Shown: positions 42,061 to 56,500 of the stretch, one piece after another
Position numbering within the stretch: the first letter of the stretch is position 1
Layout of the letters: every line of letters starts with the position of its first letter
Source of the DNA: Eledone cirrhosa
Taxonomy: Eukaryota
Length of the DNA: 64,000 nt
Assembly (NCBI GenBank): GCA_964016885.1
Contig: OZ024740.1
Span: 244,838,001-244,902,000, forward strand
Reading direction: 5' to 3'
The notes under the pieces: generated by a model
The model's input: the letters and a program-made list of their open reading frames with translations, nothing else
The model's database searches: none
Told to the model about the DNA's origin: nothing
Made by a program: the position numbers and the translations under genes

Positions 42061-44059
42061 ACAGAGTTGTTAGATCTATAAAGATTTTCAGTTTTAACTT
42101 ATTTGAATTAATTATTTCTTTTTCCCCTATTGTCTTAGTATATCGGCTCAATTTTAAGTGTCATATTAATAAGAAAATGGGTTACTTCACAGCCTGACTT
42201 AGAATTCATATCCTTTGGCCTAGTATTGCAATTACTCGGGAGGAGGACATTCCATTAAAACTAAAATTTCCCAGTGAGAAATTCCATCATCTTTGTCTAG
42301 CTCTACTGTGTAAAATTTCTTGCCGATGGGAAATTTCAGGCTTCCAGAGGGACGTTTTAAAAATGTTTATTCATTATTCGCTCCGTTTTTTGCTTTTTTA
42401 TTTTCCTAAATGATAAATTTGAGGATGGTAATGTTAAATTAATAAATTGTTGTTAATCTTGTGTAATACATTGCTAAAAATATGGTTGATATTATGTAAG
42501 AAATTGTGATGTTTACATGACCGTACGTTAATGTTATGTAATATATTTTGTTGAATGCAAGACTACATTGAATGTGCGTTGCCTACTGGTTAGAGTTTTC
42601 GACTCACGATCGTAAAAACTATAGTTCAATTCCTGACAATGCGTTTATTTTACTTTGCACCAGTCTACCCAGTTGGCAAAAAATGAGTTGTGCCTCTAAG
42701 TCATGAGGCCAGCTTTGTCACACATTAAGTTATGCTGAAACTCCTTGAGATCTACGTTATGAGTGCACGTGTCTGTGGATTGCTGAACCATTTACACGAT
42801 AATTTCACGAGCAGGCTGTTCCGTTGTTCAAATAATTGGAACACTCATCGCCGGAATCGATGAAGGTGGAACGCATGCAAGAACTAATATTCAGTTAGTA
42901 TAAGGATTTTAATGTTATGTAACATACTGTATTGTATGCAAGATCACTGTTTTCTTGTATATGGAGGGAAATCGAGGTTGTGAGCTGGTACAGAAAGAAA
43001 ATACAGAAAAGCGTTTAAGAAAGATTTGTCTTGTTGGACCATGTGTAATCTTGTACGATAACTTAGATTTGTTACGGGATTTGGTGGCTCGGGATTTCAA
43101 AATGTTTGCTCTATCGTAATGTAATGTTGAAATTATTGATGAAATGTAAGTCTAATGCCGCTAGCCGTCTTACATTTCAACCGCATTTCTTTCATAAATA
43201 TTATGTTGTCAGTGAATTGTTACATTCTGTTTTTAAATTACCTTGTCAAAATGAAAACATACTTCATATACAACTACAGTGCATGTATTGAACCAACGAA
43301 GGGGGCCACTTAATATAGTATTGTATAAATACATGCTAGCTTGGATAAAAGTGTGCGTGGTTAGGGTTGGAATATATATTTGATCCTATGTTCGTACACC
43401 CAGGCACCGCCTTGCGTCTAAACAATAACAACAATAGTAACAGCAACAATAGTTGCCTCCGTGAACGGAGACCTCGGAAACAATCCCCAAATCAGGTCAT
43501 GTGAATCTTGTCAGCAATGACACTATTTTTCATATTTTGTAAGATAAAAAGATTGAAGGTGTGCCGATATTTCTTCCTTTTTGAAAACAATGCTGAATAT
43601 TCAAGATATACAAATTAAAATGTGTGAAATTTCAAAACCCACCATAAACGTTGTGTTTCAAACTTCCGGTAGCCAAAAAGATATAGTACCGATCATGTAC
43701 TGGGGTTGATATATCTGACTGTAACCCTTCTCCAAAGATTGCCTGGATTTGTGTCTAGGTTAGATATTATTCACCATCATTAGCATTATCAACTATTTTC
43801 TTCCCACAGCAAGGTGAAAGCCTTCTTAAGCCAGTACCATTTGTTCCTAACATGTGTCACTTTCATCCACGTAATGCCCATAAATTTATCGATCTCATCA
43901 CCCACCTCCATCAATTATTTGAACCATTCTCCTCAGTCTCATTCTATACATAGATTTGTCAATCCTTTGTCATTTGTTTGTACCACATTGCTATTTTTCT
44001 TATTCTGATCTTTTTGTATTTTTGCTTTTTACAGAGAGGAGCATCTTTCACCGCTTAAA

Positions 44060-44449
44060 ATGAATAATGATTCGAAGGTAACGGCACAAGGGTTGAAAGT
44101 CACACATGAACCCACAGAAGAAGTCCGCAGTAACAGAAGCATGTCTTTACTGTGGGTTCCCTATGTTGTATTGGCTGTCATTATGGTGCTTTTCTTCTCG
44201 GTATCTTTTGCACATTATCACTTAAAGAGACGGAAATATCAACTACGGAGATGGGCCTCAAAATGTCTCCGAGAAGAGATGAAAAACTCAAGTGATGAAG
44301 TATCTGTTCAATCAGGTGTTCCACAAGTTGGCGATGGGTTGCCAAACTGTAATGATTCTCTCCGAACGATAGAAGATGTAAAGACATTACGTGGAGCTGT
44401 TGCTAAGATTGACTTTAAAAATGATTTTACAATTGATATAAGAATTTGA
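44060..44449 (+). CDS. Uncharacterised 129-aa single-pass membrane protein (whole CDS in one probable terminal exon)
   Basis: Strong 3' splice acceptor (tttttgtatttttgctttttacAG, 44033-44034) 25 nt before 'aaaATG'; non-repetitive ORF; hydrophobic segment LLWVPYVVLAVIMVLFFSVSF followed by basic HYHLKRRKYQLRR; long repeat-free AT-rich 3' region. Confidence 0.7.
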   Translation: MNNDSKVTAQGLKVTHEPTEEVRSNRSMSLLWVPYVVLAVIMVLFFSVSFAHYHLKRRKYQLRRWASKCLREEMKNSSDEVSVQSGVPQVGDGLPNCNDSLRTIEDVKTLRGAVAKIDFKNDFTIDIRI

Positions 44450-45925
44450 TAAACATTACATGTTTTAATATCAAGGATTTTTTCTATGCCTCAGTTATGC
44501 TAGGCGTTGAAAAATACCGTAAACTCTTGAACATTCCACAACTGCTGACAGCAATACAACTGACTGTTTGCTATGTTGGATTCTGATTGTCCATAAAACA
44601 CAAAACTGAATTATTGTACAAACGTTTCGTTTTCTCACAACAAAATTAAAATTTCTATATTTCTAACTATCCACTTACACAGATATTTTCCAGATTATGT
44701 TTGCCATTTTTCTTCTTTTTTGTGTGTGTCTCTTCTAAATCGAAATAAGTTCCCCATATGTCTTCAGGTGCTATAAATATTTACAATTTTTATACAATCT
44801 CTTTGCACTTTATATACAAGATATCAAGTAAGAATTGGACTTTGCACTGCTTTTAATATTTGCTGAGAAACTCCCGGTGAAATATGTCTTAACATTGGCA
44901 TCGGTTTAAAAAGCCACACGAGGCAACAAATGATCTGTAGGCATCATAAAACATTGGTTTCAAAGAAAATAACCGAACTTTCTTTTATGATTCCTCATAT
45001 TTCCATCTTATTTCCCTGTTTTATATAGTAAAGGATAACGTTTCCGTCTTCAAAGCTATAATTAATTTCTTTATGATAATAAAAAAACATATGGAAAGGA
45101 TAAGTTAACGGAGTTTGATATTAAAATGAATTGATGAAGAAAATAACATTTTCAATTTTATAAAATATTTCTGGGAACTGTTTTGTTTATTGAAAAATTT
45201 ACAAATTAATTAATTGTAACAAATATTAGAATGTTTATTATATTACTTTCGAATTTCATATCGTCAAATATTGATACTAGCAATTGGTCGATAACATGTG
45301 TGCTTTGAATATAATTTCATGATATTTCCACGTTATGTCAACCTTAAAGCAAATATTTGATATTCACTAATTGTAAAAATATTAAACAAGATAAAATATT
45401 TCTATGATATTTAAATTTGTTTATGGATTATTTTACTAATATTTGACAAGTTTTCACTACATTATCTAGTGACGCTTGATGGAAGATGTAAGGTATCACT
45501 AAACCGGAGACTTAGTAAGAAAGCTTACAAGAGAAACGATAGGCAAATGAAAGTTACCTAAGAGCCATGTGATGATGTTAAACTGAACGATGGATTAAGT
45601 TTACCATCCAAGTATGCCAAAGCGAGATTTAAACTCAAATCACAAAGAACAGGAACAAATGCGGTACGGAAACTCTAATAATTTTGCCAATCCAGCACTC
45701 AAGATTGTGATAAGGCTAGACCTTTGAATTACAGATACAATCCACCCGACTGGCTTCCACAGTTTCCACTCGCTTGAGTCGACTAGTAGCTATTGTAAAA
45801 TGCACTTATCCAAAAAATGGCAAAATGGAATCAAGGACCTCTTCATTACAAATTGAATTACTTAACCATTCGGTAATTTATACGACTTCTCAGAGAAGAA
45901 AGCAGTACAAGTCCTCTAAGAATTA

Positions 45926-47924
45926 CACTGGTCAACACATTTTTTCTTTTTTCTGCTGACCTAAGTTTGAGACCTGTTCTTGAGTAATTTGGAGCCGCTG
46001 AGTTTTAAAATGACAACACTTTTTTCCTATCACATCAGATTGATTTTAAGAAATGACATTAGTATTCAGTAGCATGGCTTCATTGCGAAGAAAATGTTTG
46101 CATTCTCCTGACTCTTTTTGCTATATATACGTTAGCTTTAGAGTCCCAAGTGAAAGAATGAACATTAGAGAATTTAGGAAAAGAGCATACTTGGCTTACT
46201 TGAAGCTTAAACTTGTGATCAGGATAAATCGTGGGCCCCACACAATATATGTAAACCATGTGTCGAAAATCTACGCCAATGGACAAAGGGCACAAGGAAA
46301 CAACTAGTATTTGGCATTTCTGTGGTATGGCGGGAGCCAAAGAACCATGCAGAAGATTGTTACTTTTGACTCACAAAGGCTTATGGTTATAGCAAGAAAA
46401 CTTGATGGAAAATAAGTTACCCATATCTGGATTCAGCAATTCCTCCCGTGCTCCACTCAGCTGAAGTACCAGTACCCGTTTACATAAAATTACCTTCACT
46501 GGAAGATGAAAGTGATATATGTATCAGATGAAAATCATGAACCTTACAGTGATACAGACTTTGTAGAAACAGCAACCAAGGAACGTGAAAACTTTAACCA
46601 GGTAGAACTGAATGATTTAGTTAGAGACGTAGGCCTGTCAAAAGAGTTATCAGAACTGTTAGCTTCTAGACTTAAAGAGAAGAATATGTTGCAGAAAAAA
46701 AAAATGTAACGTTTTATAGAAACAGGGAAAAAGATCTCTAGGCATTCTTTAAAACTGAAAAATATTTTGTTTACTGTTGTAACATGGCGGCACTGTTAAA
46801 AGTGTTGGATGCTTTACAGTATGATCCTCATGAATGGAGACTCTTTATAGATAGTTCAAAGAAGAGTTTAAATGTGTATTACTCCATAATGGAAACTTGT
46901 TAGGTGTAATTCCTATTGGACACTGTGCACTTAAAAGAGAAGCATGAAAACATAAAAACTGTATTAGATTTACTCAAGTATGATGGACACAAATGGGACA
47001 TATGTATGGATCTGAAAATTGTCAACTTTTTACTTGGCCAACAAGGAGGGTATACAAAATATCCATGTTTCCTGTGTTTATGGGATAGCCAAGCGAAAGA
47101 CAAACATTAGGAACAGAGGCATTGGTCAGTTAGGAAAAGTTTGACTGTTGGGGAAAAGAATATTATATACCAACCCCTTGTTGGGCGAGAGAATCATCTT
47201 CCCACCCCTTCATATTAAACTAGGACTAATGAAGCAGCTTGTCAAATCTCTTAATGTGGAGGGTGACTATTTCAAATTCATATGTACAACATTTCCTGGC
47301 CTAACTTACGATAAAATAAAGACTGGCATTTTTGAGGAGACACAAATAAGAAAATTAATGAAATCCTAAATTTTTCGAGATTGATGACTGACATAGAAAA
47401 AAGAACATGGGATTTATTTGTTTATGTTGTGAAAGGATTTGGGGGCTGCGAACTACAAATATTTGTTGGAGACATTGCTTGATAGCTTTCATCCTTTAGG
47501 CTGCAACACGAGCATAAAGATTCATTTCTTCCCGAGCCATCTCGATGAATTTCCTGCTAATCTTGGAGACGTGAGCGGCGAACACTTCCATCAAGATATC
47601 AAGGTTATGGAAGAGAGATATCAAGCTAGATGGAACACACGCATGATGGCAGACTACTGTTGGAGTATTCAAAGAGACTGTGTAGACATGAAACACTCAG
47701 AGGCGCTCTCGTAAGCGAAAATATGTTCCATGAATATGTTCGTTGATGTACGATTGTTTGTGCTTTATCCACTTTATTTGAGAATTAACAAGATGTATTT
47801 AATAAAAGGTGATGTTATCTTATATTTCATCTACCATATCAGATTCTATTGCCATTATAATTTAGGGTTTCAAGCTATAAGATTTAGTAATCTATCCTAA
47901 GTAAATTATACTATTCTTACAGTG
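45926..47924 (+). mobile_element. Decayed Chapaev3-like (CMC superfamily) DNA transposon
   Basis: Begins CACTG; fragments 'RKCLHSPDSFCYI', 'WREPKNHAEDCYF', 'DLKIVNFLLGQQGGYTKYPCFLCLWDS', 'PPLHIKLGLMKQ' and 'HFHQDIKVMEERYQ..W...MMADYCW'; frameshifted; right boundary uncertain. Confidence 0.8.
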
Positions 47925-48651
47925 CATAATAAAATAGGGATGTGCTATTGAATGAAAACCCATGTGTTAGGGAAACATCGGATGCCATCGCCAGTTCAGT
48001 AGAGAACAAGTATATGTGTGAGTGTGCACGCGCATATGTCCTTATGTAGAGATCTTGACACTTCTCGTTGTATATATGCTGTTAATAGGGCTGTCACAGT
48101 TTCACTGCGTTTCTGATGGTGAATGTGATTAGTGTGTGTCTATAGAAATCGTACAAATAAATATCACAAGGTATTTTTGTTCGATGCACCAGTTTATTAG
48201 TTTTACCGATGTGTATATATTTTTCCATATCCACTAAAGTTTTGGGTAATTTGATTTTTAGTTTTCATAATTTTTGTGTTTCCCGAAATAAATTTCTATT
48301 TTCTCTTTAATGGATGTCCTATTTTAAAAGACATTTTAATAGAACTTTTTACCTTAACAGATATTTTGTTTGATGGCTATTTTATTCTAAAACACATCTT
48401 AATGGAAATCGTATCTTAAGGATATCATATTTTAATAGATATCTTATTTCAATCGATATCTTAGCATAACTGGTACCTTATTTTAATTGGTGTTTGATTT
48501 TTATGGATAAAGCATTGGGTAGAATGTATTGTAGCATTCGTTCAGGCTCTCTGTACTCTGAGTTCAAAACCCATTGAAACCAGCTTTGCCTTTTATCCTT
48601 TCAGGGTCGATAAACAAAGATACCAATCCAGTACTAGAGTCGATTCTTTAT

Positions 48652-48707
<56 letters not shown>

Positions 48708-48745
48708 AGGAGGTTATAGTTCACTTGAAACATTGTGTAATGAGG

Positions 48746-49098
48746 TATAAACGTTTGTATATGTATAATAAAGCCAAAACAATGCAGGTATGGACATAGA
48801 ATAAAGAATGCAAATGCAAAAGATATTGTTGACAATTAGTCTTTTACCTTAGATTTATTTAAATGTCCTAAATTTTCGAGATAATATCTCTTCTTCAGAG
48901 CGAGTAAAATTGTCAAGCTATTTAGAACACTGGTTTGACAACTTCACTCGCTCTAAAGAAGAGATATTATCTCGAAAATTTAGGACATTTAAATAAATCT
49001 AAGGTAAAAGACTAATTGTCAACAATATCTTTTGCATTTGCATTCTTTATTCTATGTCCATACCAGCATTGTTTTGGCTTTATTATACATATACAAAC

Positions 49099-49104
<6 letters not shown>
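48746..49104. repeat. Palindrome (~170-bp arms) between (TA)n tracts with HHR-like cores
   Basis: The left arm (minus) has CTGAAGA-a-gagat(att)atctc-GAAA; the right arm has CTAAAGA; stems I and III are weak. Confidence 0.85.
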
Positions 49105-49163
<59 letters not shown>

Positions 49164-49759
49164 TTCCTCCCTTCACTGGAAAATTATCGGCTATGTTCAG
49201 ACCTGGAGAAGGATAGGCTTCGCTTGGTTTTAAATAACCAGGAAACGCCGTATATCATTATGGGGCCCTTGCAACTCCATAAAGAGGTATGGCTCTATAT
49301 ATACATCGTTACAGATATCCTATCTTAATGACTATCTTATCTTATGGGATATATTATCTTAATGAGTATCTCATCTTAACAAACATCTTACTTTAATAGG
49401 CATTTTAGCTTCATGAATATCCTTTTCCAACGGCTATCTTAAATTTGATTTATATAGGATAAAATATAAGTTACTCATCACAAAAGAAGTGCCTGTACCA
49501 CTCAAACAAAATAGGTATTGCAAAGTATTTTTGTTTGAAGTTCCGGTTAATTAATAGTCTCGCACACACCAAGACACACACATACACACATACATACATA
49601 CATACATACATACATACATACATACATACATACATACATACATACATACATACATACAAACATACATACATACATACATACATACATACATACATACATA
49701 CATACATACATACATACATACATACATACATACATACATACATACATACATACATACAT

Positions 49760-50306
49760 TATGATATGGGACAAGGAGAAGAAAACATGCACAGTAGTGG
49801 AAGTTAGCTGTCCAGCAGATGCCAATATAATATCAAAGATTAGTGAAAAGGAGAATATTTATGCAGAACTGATGAGAAATCTGCAGATACTCCACCCTGA
49901 TTACACCTTCAGATTTATGCCTGTGATTATTGGGGCACTGAGATATGTTAGTAACTGCCTCAATACAAACCTTGAGAAGCTAGGCTTCACAGGAACAGAA
50001 AGAACACAACTAGTTAGGAAATTACAAGTACAATCCATTAATGGAACAGTAAAAATATGTAAAACATTCCAAAAATGCTGCATCTAATAACTGCATATAC
50101 ACATGTACAAAGCATATACACATGCACACTTACAACTCAAAACATCCACATCCACACATACAATAACATCCATATCTACACATGCATGCATACATATCTA
50201 CCTAGTTGATGTTGTGTAAATTCCAATGAGAGAGTCTTGTGTCTATGTTAGAAACCGACTCTCTCTCTATTGGTAAAACTTTGTGAAATTATAAAACCAG
50301 AAGAAC
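49760..50306 (+). mobile_element. R4/Dong-type non-LTR retrotransposon 3' end (RLE domain + 3'UTR) in (TACA)n
   Basis: 'MIWDKEKKTCTVVEVSCP...KISEKENIYAEL...PVIIGAL...GTVKICKTF' is a PD-(D/E)xK RLE domain; (CATA)n on both sides. Confidence 0.85.
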
Positions 50307-50316
50307 ATACATACAT

Positions 50317-51668
50317 AATGGCTGGCCCCTCGTTATCGATAATGGCCATTGCACAATATACCATTATTAATAATTATTAATTAATTCTATCGTGCAATGC
50401 CTGTGCGTGAAGATATTTTTTAAAGTGAGGAAATACTGTGCACTGAGCCAATCCCACTCTCTGAGCGACAGTAGCTTTAACCCGAAAAGAAGAAAAGATC
50501 AACATCATACATACATACATACATACATACATACATACATACATACATACATACATACATACATACATACATACATACATGGTGGCTGCAAACTCTGCTA
50601 AGAGTATTGCAATCGCTTGTCAGATTACAGAAAATGGTGCACCTTTAGGCTACAGCCTGTCACACGAACCTGTAACAGACCTCAAACAAGCAATGCCTGT
50701 GCTTTTAAGGTTTTTAAGTGGGGAAAGGCCTTGCACTCGACCAATCCCACTCTCTGAGCATCGAAAACATTACCCGAAAAGGAGAACTGGTCAACATCAT
50801 AGGATGCTTCCGAAGTCGCAGGGTTTTTTGTTTTGTTTTTCAGAGTTTCCCTCTCCGATAAAAAAAAAGTACTGTTTGAATGGTCGTTGACTCTGTTGAG
50901 TTTCTCCGCCCTTTGCCGGCTCTTATATCCCACAGGGTGTCCAAATATCACCCTCCTCATCCAGCAAGTTTGATGGGGTTTCCGGTTTAGTCGCCGACGA
51001 ACCGACTAAACCCCAGGTTGTACTGAGTTACATGTTACCAGTAGCACGCGAGAGCTGCCTCATATAACATACATACATGGCGGCTGCCAACTCGTTTTCG
51101 AGTACGGCCACTACTTTATATCCATGTAGGAGAACCCCTACCGATGCGCTGAACGAATGTGACTTTTTAGTCCAGCCAGCGACTTGAAAACTCTGGTACA
51201 AACACTACACTTGTGACCATTATTGACACATAGTGCAGGGCCCATGGTACCATGTGATGACAAGTGCAGAAAGATCTCCAGATATAAAGCAATGCCTGTG
51301 CTGTGAAGCTTTTATAGTGAGCAAAGGCACTGCACAAAGCCAGTCCGACTCTCTTAACCAAGATGATATTTACCAAAAAGAAGAACAAGTCAACATCATT
51401 GGATACCATCAGGGTTGCAGGTGTTATATCAGAGTTTTCCTTTTCCTAGAATTCTGCCTTGACAAAGGCTAAGGGGTCATCTCTCCCGGTGATTTTGGAT
51501 GGCTATTGACTCTTAAGAGCTCCCTTGCCCTTTGACAGGTTTTCTTTTAATCCTGCAGGATGTCCAAAGTCACCCTCCTCACCAAGAAACCTTGGTGGGG
51601 TTGCCAGTTTAGTCGCCAAGGTTGTACTGGGATACATGTTACCAGTAGCACCAACTGGTGACCTGACA
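50317..51668 (+). mobile_element. Tandem array of three related non-coding elements separated by (CATA)n
   Basis: Units at ~50317-50505, 50579-51062 and 51077-51668 share 'gcaatgcctgtgc', 'ccaatcccactctct', 'tcaacatcat'; the second and third also share the 3' end 'tacatgttaccagtagcac'. Confidence 0.75.
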
Positions 51669-52290
51669 TACATACATACATACATACATACATACATACA
51701 TACATACATACATACATACATACATACATACATACATACATACATACATACATACATAATTCAAAAACATGTGGGAGAAATATAGGAAACAGAAAACTCG
51801 GAAGACACAATCACAAGGACAATTCCAACTCATCAGCTGTCTTCTGGGATCCCTATAGTTTCAGAGAAAGGTCTATTCACCACAGTGCATCAATAACTAT
51901 CCACGGATAGCTATTCGGTCGGAAAATACAACGGACGTTGGACGAAAAAAAAATAAAAAACAAAAAAAAAATGAAATATCACCATAACGATATGGGCTAG
52001 GAAAATTGTTAAAGTCGAAAGATTTACACATAAGTGTGGGTAACAACATTAGAAGGAATGAAATAGATTGATATAAGTTGGTTCGGGCATTGGTCCTAGA
52101 ACCACTATCAACATGCAGAAAAAAGATAGGTGGAGGGATATAGAGAGAGGAGTAGAAATAGAGAGACGGGGAGAAATATATATATAAAGAGAGAGATAAA
52201 CTCGGCTGTCTTCTGGGGATCATGGTAGCTTCGAATGGTTTATAAGACATGACAATTCACCACAGTGCATCAATAGCTATCCACGGATAG

Positions 52291-52325
<35 letters not shown>

Positions 52326-52390
52326 AAAGCATGTATTGAGTTAGAAACTCAAAATAGTCTCATTACAGTAAAATTAGCTCTAGGAAAAAG

Positions 52391-52991
52391 GTATAACTGA
52401 ACAAAAACGAGAAACGAACACAGACATATACATGTATGCGTTCAAATCGTAATGGACCAGAAACGCTAAGGTGAAAAAAATACTAACTACAGACAATAGG
52501 GTTTGCTAGACTCAATTTAAGAATAAATCAAGAAAAATAAATACCAACCAGTATTGTGGTAACTACCCATCACCCGGACGCAATATTAATTGTGAAGAAG
52601 TATATCAAATTCTTGGCTCATCAGCGGGTGAAGAATTAGAATCCTGATCTCTTCTAAATAAAATAAAGAACTGGATAGTGTGTGTATATGCAACGCACAT
52701 GGTTTCCGAACTTAGCGCGTCGCGCAGACTCACGTCACTAAAAATAGCAGCAGAGTCTACACGACAATTGAATTAGCTCTACGAATTAACGGAGCCGAAT
52801 ATATCAAAAGCATGTATTGAGTTAGAAACTCTAGTTTGTATTTATTTTTCTTGATTTATTCTTAAATTGAGTCTAGCAAACCCTATTGTCTGTAGTTAGT
52901 ATTTTTTTCACCTTAGCGTTTCTGGTCCATTACGATTTGAACGCATACATGTATATGTCTGTGTTCGTTTTTTTTCTTTTTTGTTCAGTTA

Positions 52992-52995
<4 letters not shown>
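52391..52995. repeat. Inverted repeat (~160-bp arms, ~280-bp spacer) between (TA)n tracts
   Basis: 52391-52550 is the reverse complement of 52832-52995; 31-bp direct repeat 'tatatcaaaagcatgtattgagttagaaactc' at ~52319 and ~52800. Confidence 0.85.
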
Positions 52996-53042
<47 letters not shown>

Positions 53043-53380
53043 ATTTTGACGATCTGACCATAACTTTGGCTATATAAAATAGTGTAATAATAATTCAATC
53101 CACTAAACGGAAAAAGACGGGTATTAGTGGTTTTATACGCCCCGTTATTATTATATTATTTTATTAGTCACAGTTACAGCGAAATCTTCAAATTCAATCT
53201 TTATATATATATATATTGAGACCAGTATATATATTGAGACAAAAGTAGTCAATGAAGAGGTTACATAATGTGTGACGAAAGAGCTTTGACAATCAACAAC
53301 TAAACAACTAACTGGAAAATTACAATAATAAATTGAAATGAAACTCAGGGGTGTGTGTGACCCTCCCAAAGTATAACAAT

Positions 53381-53464
<84 letters not shown>

Positions 53465-53483
53465 GTGTGTGTGTATATATATA

Positions 53484-53557
<74 letters not shown>

Positions 53558-56500
53558 TTAGGTGTTCGCGCTTAACATACATATAAGTCTGAGTATGTTG
53601 TATATCTAGCGATATACGGTATGTTTATAAATAAACATTTGAAAACCTTCAAATATCAATGCAAGACTTTTCTGCTATTCAACCGATGCTACCACAACAC
53701 CTATTCGTCTTCAACCCATGCAGCGAGTTTAAAATGAATGGGTATTGTGCAGTATACGGACTGGAAAGTGTTTGAAGTGTATTGGTGAGTGAAGATATAT
53801 GCTGGCTACAATTCGCGAGTACATTGTGAAAGTATATGTTTAGTACTCCAATATAGATAGCACGCATTGTACTCCAATATAGTATTTTAAAAATACTACC
53901 TTTAGCTCTGTAGACAGGCCATAATTAACACATTTAGCGATAGCAGACGTCACAACATGCCATCACTAACAGATATATAAATAAGCCGAACTATTTGCTA
54001 TACGCATGAATTATTTTAACCGTTGAAAGTGGGATATTTATGAACTAATATGTTGTAACATGAACGAAATGACCGACATGAGCAAACTTGAAGGTCAAAT
54101 AGACTGTTTATATAGCGTCGGCTATTAGATCACTCCAGTAAAACAAAAATAGGGTAAAAAGATATTGAGAACGTTACAGGCCTTAAAATAGGCGAAATTA
54201 TGTCTGTGTGGTTAAGAAGTTGACTTTGCAACCACGTAGTTTCCGGTTCAATCCTTAGGATAGAGTTTTTTTTGTTTGTTTTTTTACCATATTCTCAGTT
54301 TGACCAAAACCTTGTGAGTGATATTTGCTTGACGGAAATTGTAGTAGACGATCGAAAGAAATGATTATATTCTTGGATGTAAAAATGAATCCTTCAATCC
54401 TATTTAAAATTACTATCTGACTTATGAGTGTCTTTATAGCAGTTCCCACTGTTGTAGGGACAGGTCTTCGGTCTGAGGATAGCTTAATCCCAAGGATCTG
54501 AAAAATGGTCGCTGACTCAGAAAGAAACAATAATTAAGAAACAATAATATCTGCCGCAAATAATAGTCGTGTGAATAATAGTCGTATGAATAATAGTCAC
54601 TTTCGAAAACATAATATATAACGCTCGTTGTGATAAGGTAAAATAAGATACTCATTTATATATCGATTAAAATAAGATATGTATTCAGATAAAAAGGAAT
54701 GCTGAGTAAAATGAGATATCCATTGAGATAGGATGCCCACTAAAATAAGATATTCATTAAAATATCCATTAAAATAGGATATCTATTAAGATAATATTCC
54801 CATAGAGATAAGATATCTACTTAAAACAGATACACATTAAAACGAAAAGAAATGAATGGTTGTCAAGGAAAGAAAACTAATAATTTCAGAGATCATTATG
54901 TAACAGAAAACAGAAAAAATCGAAAATTGACCTACCCAAAACATTAGTAAAAAGGAAATCTTTAGAACTGCTTTGTAAAGAAAAATAATCCAGAGCAAGT
55001 TGAGGATAAAATAATGAACACGAGATGTTTTCTCTTCCTCGGTACATAATTATTATTAATTAGTTAGATTTTTTTTCATCGATTCATTAAATACAATTAC
55101 TTTAACTTGGCTGTTATTTTTCGTGCGAATGGTGCCTGTGTGTAGTATTCCATTAGTTCTTAAGAAAGAAATAACTGTTAATAGACTTAGATTGTCAATA
55201 AACTTTCATTCAATCAATCCCACATAACTTGACACATGAAGACTTTTAAGATGTACTACGCTGTTAATTCAATATTGGCCTCAGTTATGACTTGGGTATA
55301 AAACGAAATGATTTAGCTCAAGAAATACAATAGGGTGAGGTCTAAAAGCGAAGGAGAAAGTCATTAAGATCTTCTAGTTCAGATATCCCCTTATTTCCAA
55401 ACATTAATCCCATATGATTGACTCATCAATATCATTTAGGTAAATGCATTTTACAACACGATATTGAACTGGTTTCAAATGAGAAATTGGTTGCAAATTA
55501 TTTATTTCTCTACTAACCTAGGAATTCCAATATTTCCAACAACCAATGCCATTGCAGCGATTAGAGCATAAAACTAAATTCCTTGTAGTGTCTATTTCGG
55601 CTCTCTAAGTTTATATCTCTGAGTTTATATCTCCCTGGGGTTTATTTTGCTTTCATCCTTTCAGAGTGGATAAACTGAAGTAATAGTCTAGGGCGGAGGA
55701 TTGGTGGAACTGTTAGAGAAAAGGGTGGGATATTTGAAATTTGAAATTTAAAAATGTGAGACTCCAGACGCAGAAAATAATTGTAACAACAGTCGACCAT
55801 TGTTGACAATTGGATAGATTACCCTTAGATTCGGATATTGGGGATAGAGGTGCTTCTTCAGGTCTATAAAGTTAATTTACCCCCATTTTCTCAACTGTTG
55901 ATTGTAGTGGTCGGCCACATACATACAAACTGATGTCGCTATTCGTAATCGATATTAGCATAATAGCATGCATCATGCTTTTATTGGGGTTTTTTACAGC
56001 CCATGTGGTGGCGAATGTTTTCGCGGAACCCACTTTAGAAAACACCGGACAAAGTATTTAGTGAGTACATTAAGAACGAGAACATTCAACAAGTGAACAA
56101 ACAACTATATCGTTACAGCCTCCGTTAAAATAGTTTGCGTTATTTTAATTCCGACTCTTTCCGCTCTCAATTAAAATCTCACCGAGGTCAACTTTGCCTT
56201 TCATCCTTTCATGGTCGATAAAATAAAGTGAAGTTAAATGTCGAAATTTATATAATAAACTTTCCCTCCCCATTAAACTGCTGGTATTGTGCAAAATTAG
56301 AAACCATTATTCTAAGGTCGCTAAAATAAAGTAGGAGTGAATGATTTGCCCTAACTTTGTGGCCTACCACATATAAACAATTAAAACTAACTTAAGTACA
56401 ACGGCAGAAGATGTTTTTCACACCTTATTACATTTTATGTCCATGATCATTTTCTTTTTATTTTTATTTATTTATTTATTTTTATTTTTTTTACTTGTTC

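Noticed and set aside
51078-51165. Possible HDV-like ribozyme at the 5' end of the (CATA)n-flanked element (also 4640-4720)
   Set aside because: A P1-like helix and a hairpin are visible, but I could not fit P1.1, P2 and J4/2 convincingly by eye.
51828-51875. Minus-strand GAAAC...CTGATGA suggesting a type II hammerhead (also a lone CTGATGA at ~52619-52625)
   Set aside because: No NUH triplet and no supporting stems.
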